Shown one piece after another: positions 1 through 8,309 of a stretch of 64,000 bases of DNA. Every line of letters starts with the position of its first letter. Position 1 is the stretch's first letter. The notes beneath the pieces were generated by a model. It saw only the letters and a list, made by a program, of their open reading frames with translations. It was not told the origin of the DNA and did not search any database. Source of the stretch: an uncultured bacterium (lineage in GTDB: Bacteria; Eisenbacteria; RBG-16-71-46; CAZHEV01); the NCBI GenBank assembly GCA_964531335.1, contig CAZHEV010000008.1, forward strand, positions 68,452-132,451, in the 5' to 3' direction. The position numbers and the translations under genes are program-made.

Positions 1-954
1 TCGGTCGCCCCGCCGCTAAACATCTCGCCGCTTCAGGTATCGCAGATACTGGGCCTCACCTTCCGAGGCGCCAGGCTCCCGGACCTGCGCACTTCCGACG
101 GTGAGGTGGAAATGAGCGTTGTCCTTCAACCCGAGGACAGAAAGACCGTCGAAGACCTGAAGGACCTGACGGTCACCATGGACAGAGGAATCGACGTCTC
201 GCTCGGCTCAGTCGCGGAGTTCGCCATGGACAAGGGTCCCAGCAGGATATACCGGCAGGACCAGAAGGCGGCCGTGACCGTTTCGGGCGCCTACGAGGGC
301 CCCGAGCAGGCCGAGATAACGGGCAAAGTGGCCGAGGTGATGAACTCGATTTTGATGCCCACCGGGTATTCTTGGACCTTCGGCCGGCGCATGCAAAGGG
401 CCCAGGAGCAGCAGCAGCAGATGCTTGTGAACATACTGCTCGCTCTGGCCTGCGTCTATCTTGTCATGGCGGCGCTATTCGAGTCGCTGACGCACCCGAT
501 AGTCATAATGACCACGCTTCCCTTCGCTTTCATCGGAGTCATATGGACGCTCGTGATCACCGACACTCCACTGAACGTCATGACCATGATCGGCATGGTC
601 ATCCTTGTCGGAATCGTGGTCAACAACGGGATAGTCCTGCTCGATCACATAAACAACTACAGGCGAAAGGGCCTGTCGGTGGAGGATGCCGTGCTGGAGG
701 GCGGAAAGGAGAGGTTCAGGCCCATACTGATGACCGCAGCGACCACGGTGCTGGGCCTCGTTCCGATGGCGCTGGGCGACGCAAACATCGACGGCCTCGG
801 CTATTTTCCCCTGGCCAGATCCGTTATGGGCGGTCTGGCGGCCTCCACGGTGCTGACGTTGCTGGTTCTTCCCACGTTCTATAGCATTTCCGAGGATCTC
901 TCGAGCTGGAACAAGAAGCTCTGGGGGCTGAGCCGACCGGAGAGGCGGAAGTAG
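1..954 (+). CDS. RND-superfamily efflux transporter permease, C-terminal portion (5' end lies outside window)
   Basis: Frame continues from the window edge. Translation has the last transmembrane bundle of AcrB/CzcA-type permeases (LALACVYLVMAALFES...PFAFIGVIWTL, VLGLVPMALG) and ends in a short basic tail. Confidence 0.8.
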   Translation, partial: SVAPPLNISPLQVSQILGLTFRGARLPDLRTSDGEVEMSVVLQPEDRKTVEDLKDLTVTMDRGIDVSLGSVAEFAMDKGPSRIYRQDQKAAVTVSGAYEGPEQAEITGKVAEVMNSILMPTGYSWTFGRRMQRAQEQQQQMLVNILLALACVYLVMAALFESLTHPIVIMTTLPFAFIGVIWTLVITDTPLNVMTMIGMVILVGIVVNNGIVLLDHINNYRRKGLSVEDAVLEGGKERFRPILMTAATTVLGLVPMALGDANIDGLGYFPLARSVMGGLAASTVLTLLVLPTFYSISEDLSSWNKKLWGLSRPERRK

Positions 955-982
955 ATCCCGCCGCCCGATATGGCTCACGCGG

Positions 983-1399
983 CTAGGGCCCGTCCTTTGG
1001 GGCCCTTATGCTCTCGACCAGCCACGGCGGTATGCTGGTCGGGCGCCTGTCGGAGCTGACGCAAATGTGAATGGTCTCACCCTCGGCAAGCCTCGTGCCG
1101 TCGCGCTTTATCGTGTAACCGAACGTGATGGACCGGCTCTTCAGATCCTTGACCCGCGCCACGATCGCAAGCTCCTCGTCGTAACAGGCGGGCGAGGATA
1201 TCCGGCAACTGAACCGCGAGATAGGAAGGTAGCATCCCTTCTTCTCGACCTCGGAATACGGCATTCCTCTGTCTCTGAGGTACGCCGCCCTTCCCAGCTC
1301 GAACCAAACCAGGTAGTTGGCATTGTACGCCACGCCCATCATGTCGGTCTCGGCATAACGCACCCTGGTCTTCACCACCGTCTCGAATCCGCCTGTCAA
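983..1399 (-). CDS. acyl-CoA thioesterase, YbgC/4HBT hotdog-fold family
   Basis: 138 aa. VRYAETDMMGVAYNANYLVWFELGRAAYLRDRG is typical of YbgC/4-hydroxybenzoyl-CoA thioesterase-like proteins. Confidence 0.8.
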   Translation of the reverse strand: MTGGFETVVKTRVRYAETDMMGVAYNANYLVWFELGRAAYLRDRGMPYSEVEKKGCYLPISRFSCRISSPACYDEELAIVARVKDLKSRSITFGYTIKRDGTRLAEGETIHICVSSDRRPTSIPPWLVESIRAPKDGP

Positions 1400-1589
1400 C
1401 TTGTACCCCCGAGGATGTCACGTTGTTGGGTGACCGCGCCGGCCCAAGAACGGGGCGCGACCCCTGTCGCGCCCCGGTTGCCGACTTCCAGCGGGCGGAC
1501 GCCGATCCCCGGCGCCTCCGAATGCCACAGCCCTGCAACCGGGCATGCCGAGGCTTCTCGGCATCCCCCATGCCGGCCGCTTTCGGTGA

Positions 1590-2339
1590 TTACAAGGCCT
1601 TGGGATCGAAGAGATCGTCGGACAGGCCCGCGTTCAGCTCCAGAGACTCCACGGTCATGGTGCCGACGGCATCATCTCCCAAGTAATAGTCCGTCCTGTA
1701 AGGCATCTCTCGGCCCTCGACCTCTCTGAAGTCCGAATGCGCCCATCGCAACTGCCTGCCTTGCACGCCACCCTCTCCGCCGACCATTACGAGGGTTTCC
1801 TTGTCGAGCCACGCGGTGACCGCAGGTTCATTGTCGTACAGTGTTATCTCGACTACGTGGCAGTCCCTTCCACCGTACTCCGCGCTTCCCACTATCTCCG
1901 CGTTGTCCGGGAATTTCTGCCACCACTGGTGCTCCGTCTGGTACGCGCCGGCCTCCTGCGTGCTGAGCTTCTTCTTGGGGACGAAACCTGAAGTGAGCCA
2001 GGTGTCCACGCCGTCGTTCAGGACTATGGTTCTCGCATTGCCCATCTCCATGGCGCTTCCCTCGGCCGCGTTCAACTCCATCTCCGACTCGACCCTGGAC
2101 TTCTGCCCCTTGATATAGGTGGTGGTTGTGGTGGACAGCGTGCCCGCCCTGGTAATCATCCTCATCACCGTTACCATCTCGAGGCCTTCGACCTCCTCCA
2201 TGAACTCGTCGTGGCTCTGTTTGGCTTCCTCGAGTATCTCGGAGGCCTCCTGGCAAGCAGCCGGACCAACGGCGAAAGCGAGCGCCAACACGACCACCGC
2301 AAGCGCGGAAAAGACCCTGCCGATAGTGAATCTCAACAT
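1590..2339 (-). CDS. exported protein, possibly LolA-like lipoprotein-sorting fold (often adjacent to RND transporters)
   Basis: Start trimmed to the internal ATG (MLRFTIGRVFSALAVVVLALAFA signal peptide), preceded by AAAGGAG at spacing 7. About 250 aa and lies next to the RND gene. The fold assignment is only an inference. Confidence 0.4.
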   Translation of the reverse strand: MLRFTIGRVFSALAVVVLALAFAVGPAACQEASEILEEAKQSHDEFMEEVEGLEMVTVMRMITRAGTLSTTTTTYIKGQKSRVESEMELNAAEGSAMEMGNARTIVLNDGVDTWLTSGFVPKKKLSTQEAGAYQTEHQWWQKFPDNAEIVGSAEYGGRDCHVVEITLYDNEPAVTAWLDKETLVMVGGEGGVQGRQLRWAHSDFREVEGREMPYRTDYYLGDDAVGTMTVESLELNAGLSDDLFDPKAL

Positions 2340-2655
2340 CCCATCTCTCCTTTCACGGCGACACTTGCTCGCCCTCCCGGTCCCGAGATGGGTCGGGCGA
2401 GATGCCTGACGATCGAGTTTATCCCCAGTTGAGCGTTTCCCGGCGGTTCCTCGCCGCCGAATAGAAACTCTATTGCCGAAGGCGGCGCCTGTCAACGCCA
2501 ATCAAATCCGGCCCCCACGCCGCGCCCGGCGGGAGAGTTGACGGAACTCCTCGCATCATGCTAAGCTTCATGGTGATGCTCGCAGTGCCCCACACCTTGT
2601 GTGCCGGCTGAGCCCGGCCTCATCTCACTGAAGGGTTCTTAGAACGGAGACGCCC

Positions 2656-3897
2656 GTGCCGTCCATTTCAACGATACTGTTCATGGTCCTTGCGTTAGCC
2701 GCCGCGCCCGCGACGGATGACCCCGCCGCGGACTCGACGTCGGTCCGCGCCGGCGAAGCCCGCGCCGCGCGCGTCACCCAGGTCGATCTCGTACGCGCCG
2801 CTCACGTATCCGACCTTCCGCAGAGACTGGAGCTCCTGGAGAGCTTCTTGGCCAGGCCGATGAGGGAGGAGCTGCGCCCTACGGTCTTTCGAATGATAGT
2901 CTCGACATGCAGGGAATTGGGAGACCTCGAAGCTGCGATGTTCTACGGCGAGGAGGCCTTGAAAATCTCTCCTTCGGACCCCGGTGTGTTGCTCGAGCTG
3001 GCCGCGGCCCACGCCGCGGACGAGGGCTCCGACGTCGACGCCGGCATCGAGTACGCAGAGCGCGCGATGCGCGCGATAGAGTCGGCGGCCGAGCAGATGG
3101 GCGAGGAGGACAGGCGCCGTGTCACCCCCTACATCGCCTCACTGCTCAGCGACTGGGGCTGGATGTTGTTCAGAAAGGGCGACGTGGACCAAGCGGAGTC
3201 AAAGCTGATGGAGGCGGCCGAAACGCTCAAGGTCCCCGCCGTCTTCGTCAGATTGGGCCGTGTGCTGGCGAAAAAGGGCGACCTCGACCAGGCCAAGGAC
3301 CACTATGCGATGGCTCTCGCGCTGTCCTCTGGTAAAGACCAGGACGCGCAAGAGGCGTTACGTGAGATAGTCGAGGCTCAGGGGGGAGGGGAGATCGACG
3401 TCCAGGGACTGGTCGATGAGAAACGGTCGGAGATAGCGAGATTGAAGAAGGAGGCGATGGCGGAGGATAGCAAGCTAAAGCCGGAGCCGGCGCCCGCTTT
3501 CCAGGTGACGACCCTTGAAGGCGATAATGTTTCTCTCGAGGGGCTCCGCGGCAAGGTTGTCGTACTCGACTTCTGGGCCACCTGGTGCGGCCCCTGCCAC
3601 CGGGAGCTGCCTATCATCCAGAAAACCTACGAGACCTTCATGGACGACGACGTCTACGTACTGGCGGTAAGCATCGATGCGGACAGCTCGCTGGTCAGGC
3701 CTTACGTGGAGAAGAAGGGCCTTACCATGCCTGTCGCGATATCGAGGGAAGTAGGCAAGGCCTACGGTGCGGCGTCCATCCCCATGCTGGTGATCGTCGA
3801 CGGACGAGGCCTTCTGCGGTACGTCCACACAGGTTATCACCCGGACATCGAAGAGGTGCTGCCGGAAGAGATCAAGGAGCTTCTGCGAGAGCTGTAG
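2656..3897 (+). CDS. TPR-repeat protein with C-terminal TlpA/ResA-like thioredoxin domain (thiol-disulfide oxidoreductase)
   Basis: GTG start and signal peptide. TPR-like helical region, then VVLDFWATWCGPCHRELP (WCGPC thioredoxin active site). Confidence 0.8.
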   Translation: MPSISTILFMVLALAAAPATDDPAADSTSVRAGEARAARVTQVDLVRAAHVSDLPQRLELLESFLARPMREELRPTVFRMIVSTCRELGDLEAAMFYGEEALKISPSDPGVLLELAAAHAADEGSDVDAGIEYAERAMRAIESAAEQMGEEDRRRVTPYIASLLSDWGWMLFRKGDVDQAESKLMEAAETLKVPAVFVRLGRVLAKKGDLDQAKDHYAMALALSSGKDQDAQEALREIVEAQGGGEIDVQGLVDEKRSEIARLKKEAMAEDSKLKPEPAPAFQVTTLEGDNVSLEGLRGKVVVLDFWATWCGPCHRELPIIQKTYETFMDDDVYVLAVSIDADSSLVRPYVEKKGLTMPVAISREVGKAYGAASIPMLVIVDGRGLLRYVHTGYHPDIEEVLPEEIKELLREL

Positions 3898-4285
3898 GAC
3901 GCGGGGCCCCGTTTCCGCCGCAAAAGAAAAAACCCCATCCTGACCGTGTCAGCGCACCCCAGAAACTCTCTCGAGTAACGGCTCGGCACACTCGGAGCCG
4001 CCGGAGAACCGCTCGATCACGAATCGGACAGGGATTCTCTGGGGCCTAAGCCCCTCAACTATTAGGACGCCGCTATCTAAACGGCGATTCACCCTTTGTC
4101 CATCTGTTAGAGGAGTCAATCAGGTGGGGCTAAATGCCTATACACCGGCGGACCGGGCGGGTTCCAGGAAAACGTCCCCGCCCACAGCAACACTGTATTG
4201 AAATGCGCCTCGGCGGGGGCCTCTCGACCACGGCAGCCCCCATGGACTCGCCTCGGAAAGCCTGCACGCTCAACGCAACGCCTGG

Positions 4286-4663
4286 TCAGCTACCTTCGCG
4301 CGTTCCCGGCTCGTCCGGTCGATCGGCGGACCCACCGCCCCCCACCTGCCCTTCCCCGCCGCCGGCGCGGTCGGGCTCGCCTCGCTTTTCCGGCTCGCCG
4401 GCCGCTCCCGCGCCTGTTTCAGAGCTTTCCCCGCCGGCTTTCTTGGGCCGCGCTCGGGTTGAGGCACCGGGCTTCTTGCCCGTGAGCAGGTCCTGTTGCT
4501 TAGCGACCTCCTGGAACTCGTTTTCTATCTCGCCGGCCGCTCTCTTGAAATCGCGGATGCTCTTGCCGACGGCCCGGGCGACCTCCGGGATCCTGTCGGC
4601 GCCGAAAAGCAGTAGCACGACTAGAAAGAGTATCAGAAGCTCTTGGCTCCCAATGCCGAACAA
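4286..4663 (-). CDS. tatA: twin-arginine translocase subunit TatA/E
   Basis: MFGIGSQELLILFLVVLLLFGADRIPEVARAVGKSIRDFKRA is the canonical TatA TM helix plus amphipathic helix. TTG start with GGAGG at spacing 6. Acidic/Gly-rich tail. Confidence 0.85.
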   Translation of the reverse strand: MFGIGSQELLILFLVVLLLFGADRIPEVARAVGKSIRDFKRAAGEIENEFQEVAKQQDLLTGKKPGASTRARPKKAGGESSETGAGAAGEPEKRGEPDRAGGGEGQVGGGGSADRPDEPGTREGS

Positions 4664-4709
4664 AGTCCGCCTCCATGAGAACGCGACGCGATGCGCGTCT
4701 CGTCACGGT

Positions 4710-6182
4710 CTAAAGCCAACTGCCCAGAGCGCGCTCGGCCTCAGTCACGGCCGACTTCACAGTCGCGGGAACGAGCCCCAGCTCATTCTCAAGCGCCTCG
4801 TGGGTCAATCTGCCCCCTCTCTCCCACAGGGAGACCATCAAAGAGCCGGCATCCGGGTTGAAGCACCAGTCATCTCCAAACCTTGCCCTGAAATAGGACC
4901 GCAGCGAGAAGCCGAGCATCAACCCCCGCAGCCGGTGAAAAGGTCCGAGCAGATCGCCCACACTCCTGAATATCATAGCACCCGCCGACCTGATTCCCAA
5001 AGCCGACCCCAAGACATTCGAAACCGCGGCCCCCAGCCCGGGGCCCCCTCCCTCCTCCACGAAGGCCGCCGCGAAGGCCGCGTCCCTCCTGTACCTCATC
5101 AGCGCCAACATGGCTCCCAGCGGCGGCCATTCCTTGCGCAGCTCGCCCCCATCGAGTCGTTCCAGGAAGGAGCGTTCCAGGAGCAGTCCCTCGAGCAAAT
5201 AGCCCCATGCGTGAGCAACGGCGGGATCGATCAGCCACCTGAGCTCGAAGGGCAACAGCCCGTTCGGATGCGAGTAGTTCAAGGCACGTCCAAGCTCGTG
5301 CACGTACAGCCCCGCATAGTCGAGGGAGTCTCGTCTCTCCCCCAACACAATCACCCGCTTGGGAACGTCCAGCGCCATGCAAAGAGGCGTCCCCAATCTG
5401 CCCTCCGCGCTCTTCAAGTCCATGAGCCGGCGTCGGACCCAACCGACCTCGATTCCGGCCGCTCCGAGCGCGGACAGAACGAGCTCCATTGAGCGCTCGA
5501 ACTCGACCTTGGGCGCCGCGCCCGCGGGACCCGCCAGCCACAGGAGATCGTGCTCCTCGACCAACTCGCGCGGCATATGGCACTTCTTCTTAATAAACCA
5601 TGATAATATATCGCCATAACCATCTGCAGTAGCTTCTAATAGCGACGTCGCAAGCTCGGCTGTTTCCACGACCGGAACGCCCATGCCGCATTCCGCCGCC
5701 ATCGCCGTGGAGTCGAACCCGAGCGCCCCGGACGCTGATGCGGCCTTGGCAAGCGCGTCGGCCGCCGAGCCAGCCAGCGGCAAGCTGGAGCCTCGCCAAA
5801 GCAAGTCCACCTCCGCGCGCACTGACCGATCATCCAGCTCTGCTATGAGTACTGGTGCCCTTCTCAGGCTCGCCTTGCCCACTCCGGGGACGGTCATGAC
5901 GCCTGAGGACTCGGCGGTCAGCAAGGCGTCAAGGGGGCCCGACATCGCGGCGTCTAGGTGGAGCTGGACAAGGTACCGTTCGAGAGGTCCCGGGCCGGCG
6001 CCGGTCACGCTGGGTGTCCAGTTCCCGGGATCCAGTAGGGGTGAAGCTGCGTCGTAGAGATCCCTCACACTGCTGTCGACCTTGACGCCCGAGAGCTGGA
6101 GGAATCTTTCCTCTTCAACAGCCTGGACGAGCTCTTCGAGCTCCATCTTGAAGTCGCGGCTATCTTCGCTTGCCATCGCCAA
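4710..6182 (-). CDS. hypothetical protein (490 aa)
   Basis: Long ORF with consistent GC3 bias. Contains VHELGRALNY, which is not a canonical HEXXH. No family recognised. Confidence 0.5.
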   Translation of the reverse strand: MAMASEDSRDFKMELEELVQAVEEERFLQLSGVKVDSSVRDLYDAASPLLDPGNWTPSVTGAGPGPLERYLVQLHLDAAMSGPLDALLTAESSGVMTVPGVGKASLRRAPVLIAELDDRSVRAEVDLLWRGSSLPLAGSAADALAKAASASGALGFDSTAMAAECGMGVPVVETAELATSLLEATADGYGDILSWFIKKKCHMPRELVEEHDLLWLAGPAGAAPKVEFERSMELVLSALGAAGIEVGWVRRRLMDLKSAEGRLGTPLCMALDVPKRVIVLGERRDSLDYAGLYVHELGRALNYSHPNGLLPFELRWLIDPAVAHAWGYLLEGLLLERSFLERLDGGELRKEWPPLGAMLALMRYRRDAAFAAAFVEEGGGPGLGAAVSNVLGSALGIRSAGAMIFRSVGDLLGPFHRLRGLMLGFSLRSYFRARFGDDWCFNPDAGSLMVSLWERGGRLTHEALENELGLVPATVKSAVTEAERALGSWL

Positions 6183-6310
6183 AGAAAAGAAGAGCCTTCT
6201 CAGAGAAGGCTCTTCCCCTGGTGCAGGTCAATGAGGGCGGGACAGCTTGTCCCGGATCGCAGAAGAACGACGTTTCACACCCCCGACGGAATGGGCAGGA
6301 AACCGGTGGT

Positions 6311-7438
6311 CTATCTGCCACGTCCTCCACGACTGCTTCGACCGGACGCTCGGCTGCCGGAGCTCCGTCCATCGGAGCTTCTGGAGCCGGACGATCTGCC
6401 CGATCTCATGCTGCTTCGCGAGTCGCCGCTCCTGGATCTGGAGGAACGCACGGAGCTGCCCCTGGAATCCCCGCTGCGTCCTGTCCTGGAGCGTTCCACC
6501 CGGCTCTTGCTTCTGGGGCTATCGGTCTTGTCTCTCGACCGGTAGTACCGGCTGTCCCTCGACGGGGCAGTGCGGCCGAGCCTGTCGGGATCGCGCCTGT
6601 AAGGGACTCTCTTCAGGTAGCCGTCCGAGCCCCGCTTGGTCCTGTAGATACCGGTTCTGCTCCTGTAGTCCTTTCCATAGCGCCAGTCTCGGTCTCCGCG
6701 GCCATCCGCGTACAATCCTCTAGGCTTCCCTTCCGGAAAGACGTAGCGGCCGTCGCGGGCCAGGTAACCTCCCCTGGCGCCCTTCTCCGCGTAAGTGTAC
6801 CTCGGCTTCAGCTTGTACCCGGACTTTCCCCTGTAGTGATAGCTGTCCGCCGGGTCTCCGCGCCGCCAGTGATGGCGGATCCCTCGTCCGACGACTATGT
6901 CCCCGCCCGGCCTGTAGGTCCAGCAGTCCCAGGGATAGTAGTAGGCGTAAGGGCTCCAGTGGTAGTAATACGGCCAGTAGTGATTGTAGTAGAACGCGTC
7001 GTAGTAGAAGGGCCTATGCCACCACCAATAAGGGTAGTACCAGCTATCGTAGTAGCCGAAGCTGAAATACAGGTGAACTCTGCTGCGGGGATGCCTGACC
7101 ACTACCACGTCGTCGTCATAGTAAGTGTCGTCTTGGTAGTAGTAGGAATCGTCCTCGTAGTATGTGTCTTGGTCTGGGTAAGCCTCGGCCTTGGGAGCGC
7201 CGGCCGAAGTCGCTATCATGTACTCGATGACCTCGGAGCTTACCCCCGCCTCCCAGAGCTCGATGATCTCCTCGGTTGAAAGGTCGAATGTCTCGCCCGA
7301 CGCCTCAATCTTGGCTATGATTATGGAGTCTTCGACGCCTGCCGAGCTCAGATATATGACGTCGTCCACACTGATAGCCAGAGCCGGGGAGGAAAGGAGG
7401 AAGGTAAACAGTATTGACAGGACGATCTTCTTGACCAT
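6311..7438 (-). CDS. secreted low-complexity protein: Tyr/Trp-rich core with Arg/Ser/Gly-rich C-terminal tail
   Basis: Signal peptide MVKKIVLSILFTFLLSSPALA. Acidic DxYY block, then WYYPYWWWHRPFYYDAFYYNHYWPYYYHWSPYAYYYPW, then RGD/RY repeats and a long RSxS(G) tail. ATG start. Confidence 0.6.
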   Translation of the reverse strand: MVKKIVLSILFTFLLSSPALAISVDDVIYLSSAGVEDSIIIAKIEASGETFDLSTEEIIELWEAGVSSEVIEYMIATSAGAPKAEAYPDQDTYYEDDSYYYQDDTYYDDDVVVVRHPRSRVHLYFSFGYYDSWYYPYWWWHRPFYYDAFYYNHYWPYYYHWSPYAYYYPWDCWTYRPGGDIVVGRGIRHHWRRGDPADSYHYRGKSGYKLKPRYTYAEKGARGGYLARDGRYVFPEGKPRGLYADGRGDRDWRYGKDYRSRTGIYRTKRGSDGYLKRVPYRRDPDRLGRTAPSRDSRYYRSRDKTDSPRSKSRVERSRTGRSGDSRGSSVRSSRSRSGDSRSSMRSGRSSGSRSSDGRSSGSRASGRSSRGGRGR

Positions 7439-7641
7439 TGGGAATCACCAGCCTTCCGTCGGTGGTCGCGCGCGCCGGTCCCTTCTTACATTATTTAGAT
7501 TACTTTCATCTTCATGCGGTGTCAAGGGTTATCTCGGCGGCGGACCGCCGAGCCGCTCTCCAAAACGCCCGTTTCTTGACATATCGCCTCCTTTCCAGCT
7601 AACTTGATTTCCAAGGAGGTAGGATCGAAAGGAGGCATCGC

Positions 7642-8274
7642 ATGAGTACGCGGTTGCGCTTGATGCCGCACGCCGTGGGTTGTAGTCTTCTAATTCTTTT
7701 CCTAGCCGCAACATCCGCCCCCGCCGACACCATCCCCCGCACATACGGCTTCAAGGCCGGGCACTGGATCCCCGGAGAGGAGCTGTTCCGGGATGTCCTG
7801 GGGAGCGGCCTCCTCATAGGCGGATCCTACTCGCTGTCGCTTAGGCCGGACCGATGGATCGACTTCGAGCTGCTTTACTGGAAGGGAGAAGGCGATTTCT
7901 CGCCCGCGCAGAACGAGATCAGGTCATCGAGCGTAACGCTCGTGCCGCTCGCCCTGAGCCTGAGGGCCGACCTGCAGGCGATTCGCGGCGTCCAGCCCTT
8001 CGCGCTGGGCGGGATAGACCTGAACATAGTGAAGGAAGAAGTCGAGATAGTGCAGACCGACATCGACCAGGGCGGGACCAACTCTCTCAGCAACGCCTTC
8101 CTCGGGCTCCACTTCGGAGCAGGCGCGCAGTACGAGATCAGCCCCAAGGCGCTCTTGTATCTGGAAGCAAGGCTGTCGATATCCAGCGCCGACATGGCCG
8201 GCGTCGGCGGGGTGGTGGGCAACGGAACCAGTCTGGGAGGAGTGGGAATACTCGCGGGTGTCAGAACAAGGTAG
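7642..8274 (+). CDS. outer-membrane beta-barrel protein (OmpW/OmpA-like small porin family)
   Basis: AGGAGG RBS and a signal peptide. Alternating amphipathic beta-strands. About 210 aa. Confidence 0.6.
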   Translation: MSTRLRLMPHAVGCSLLILFLAATSAPADTIPRTYGFKAGHWIPGEELFRDVLGSGLLIGGSYSLSLRPDRWIDFELLYWKGEGDFSPAQNEIRSSSVTLVPLALSLRADLQAIRGVQPFALGGIDLNIVKEEVEIVQTDIDQGGTNSLSNAFLGLHFGAGAQYEISPKALLYLEARLSISSADMAGVGGVVGNGTSLGGVGILAGVRTR

Positions 8275-8309
8275 GGGCGATTCGCCTCCCCCGTTGGCGT
8301 TGCCGGGCC

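Noticed and set aside
984-1007. GC hairpin AGGGCCC...GGGCCCT near the convergent gene ends
   Set aside because: Lies inside the thioesterase coding sequence and has no T-tract.
4134-5492. 452-aa plus-strand ORF (and nested 4198..4485, 4270..4467, 4500..4706 ORFs)
   Set aside because: It runs antisense across tatA and the 490-aa gene and is Pro/Arg/Ser/Ala-rich, typical of high-GC off-frame translation. No start context.
6170-7279. 369-aa plus-strand ORF antisense to the Tyr-rich secreted protein gene
   Set aside because: Low-complexity A/P/V/S-rich mirror of the opposite strand. The minus-strand gene has a signal peptide and an RBS-proximal ATG.
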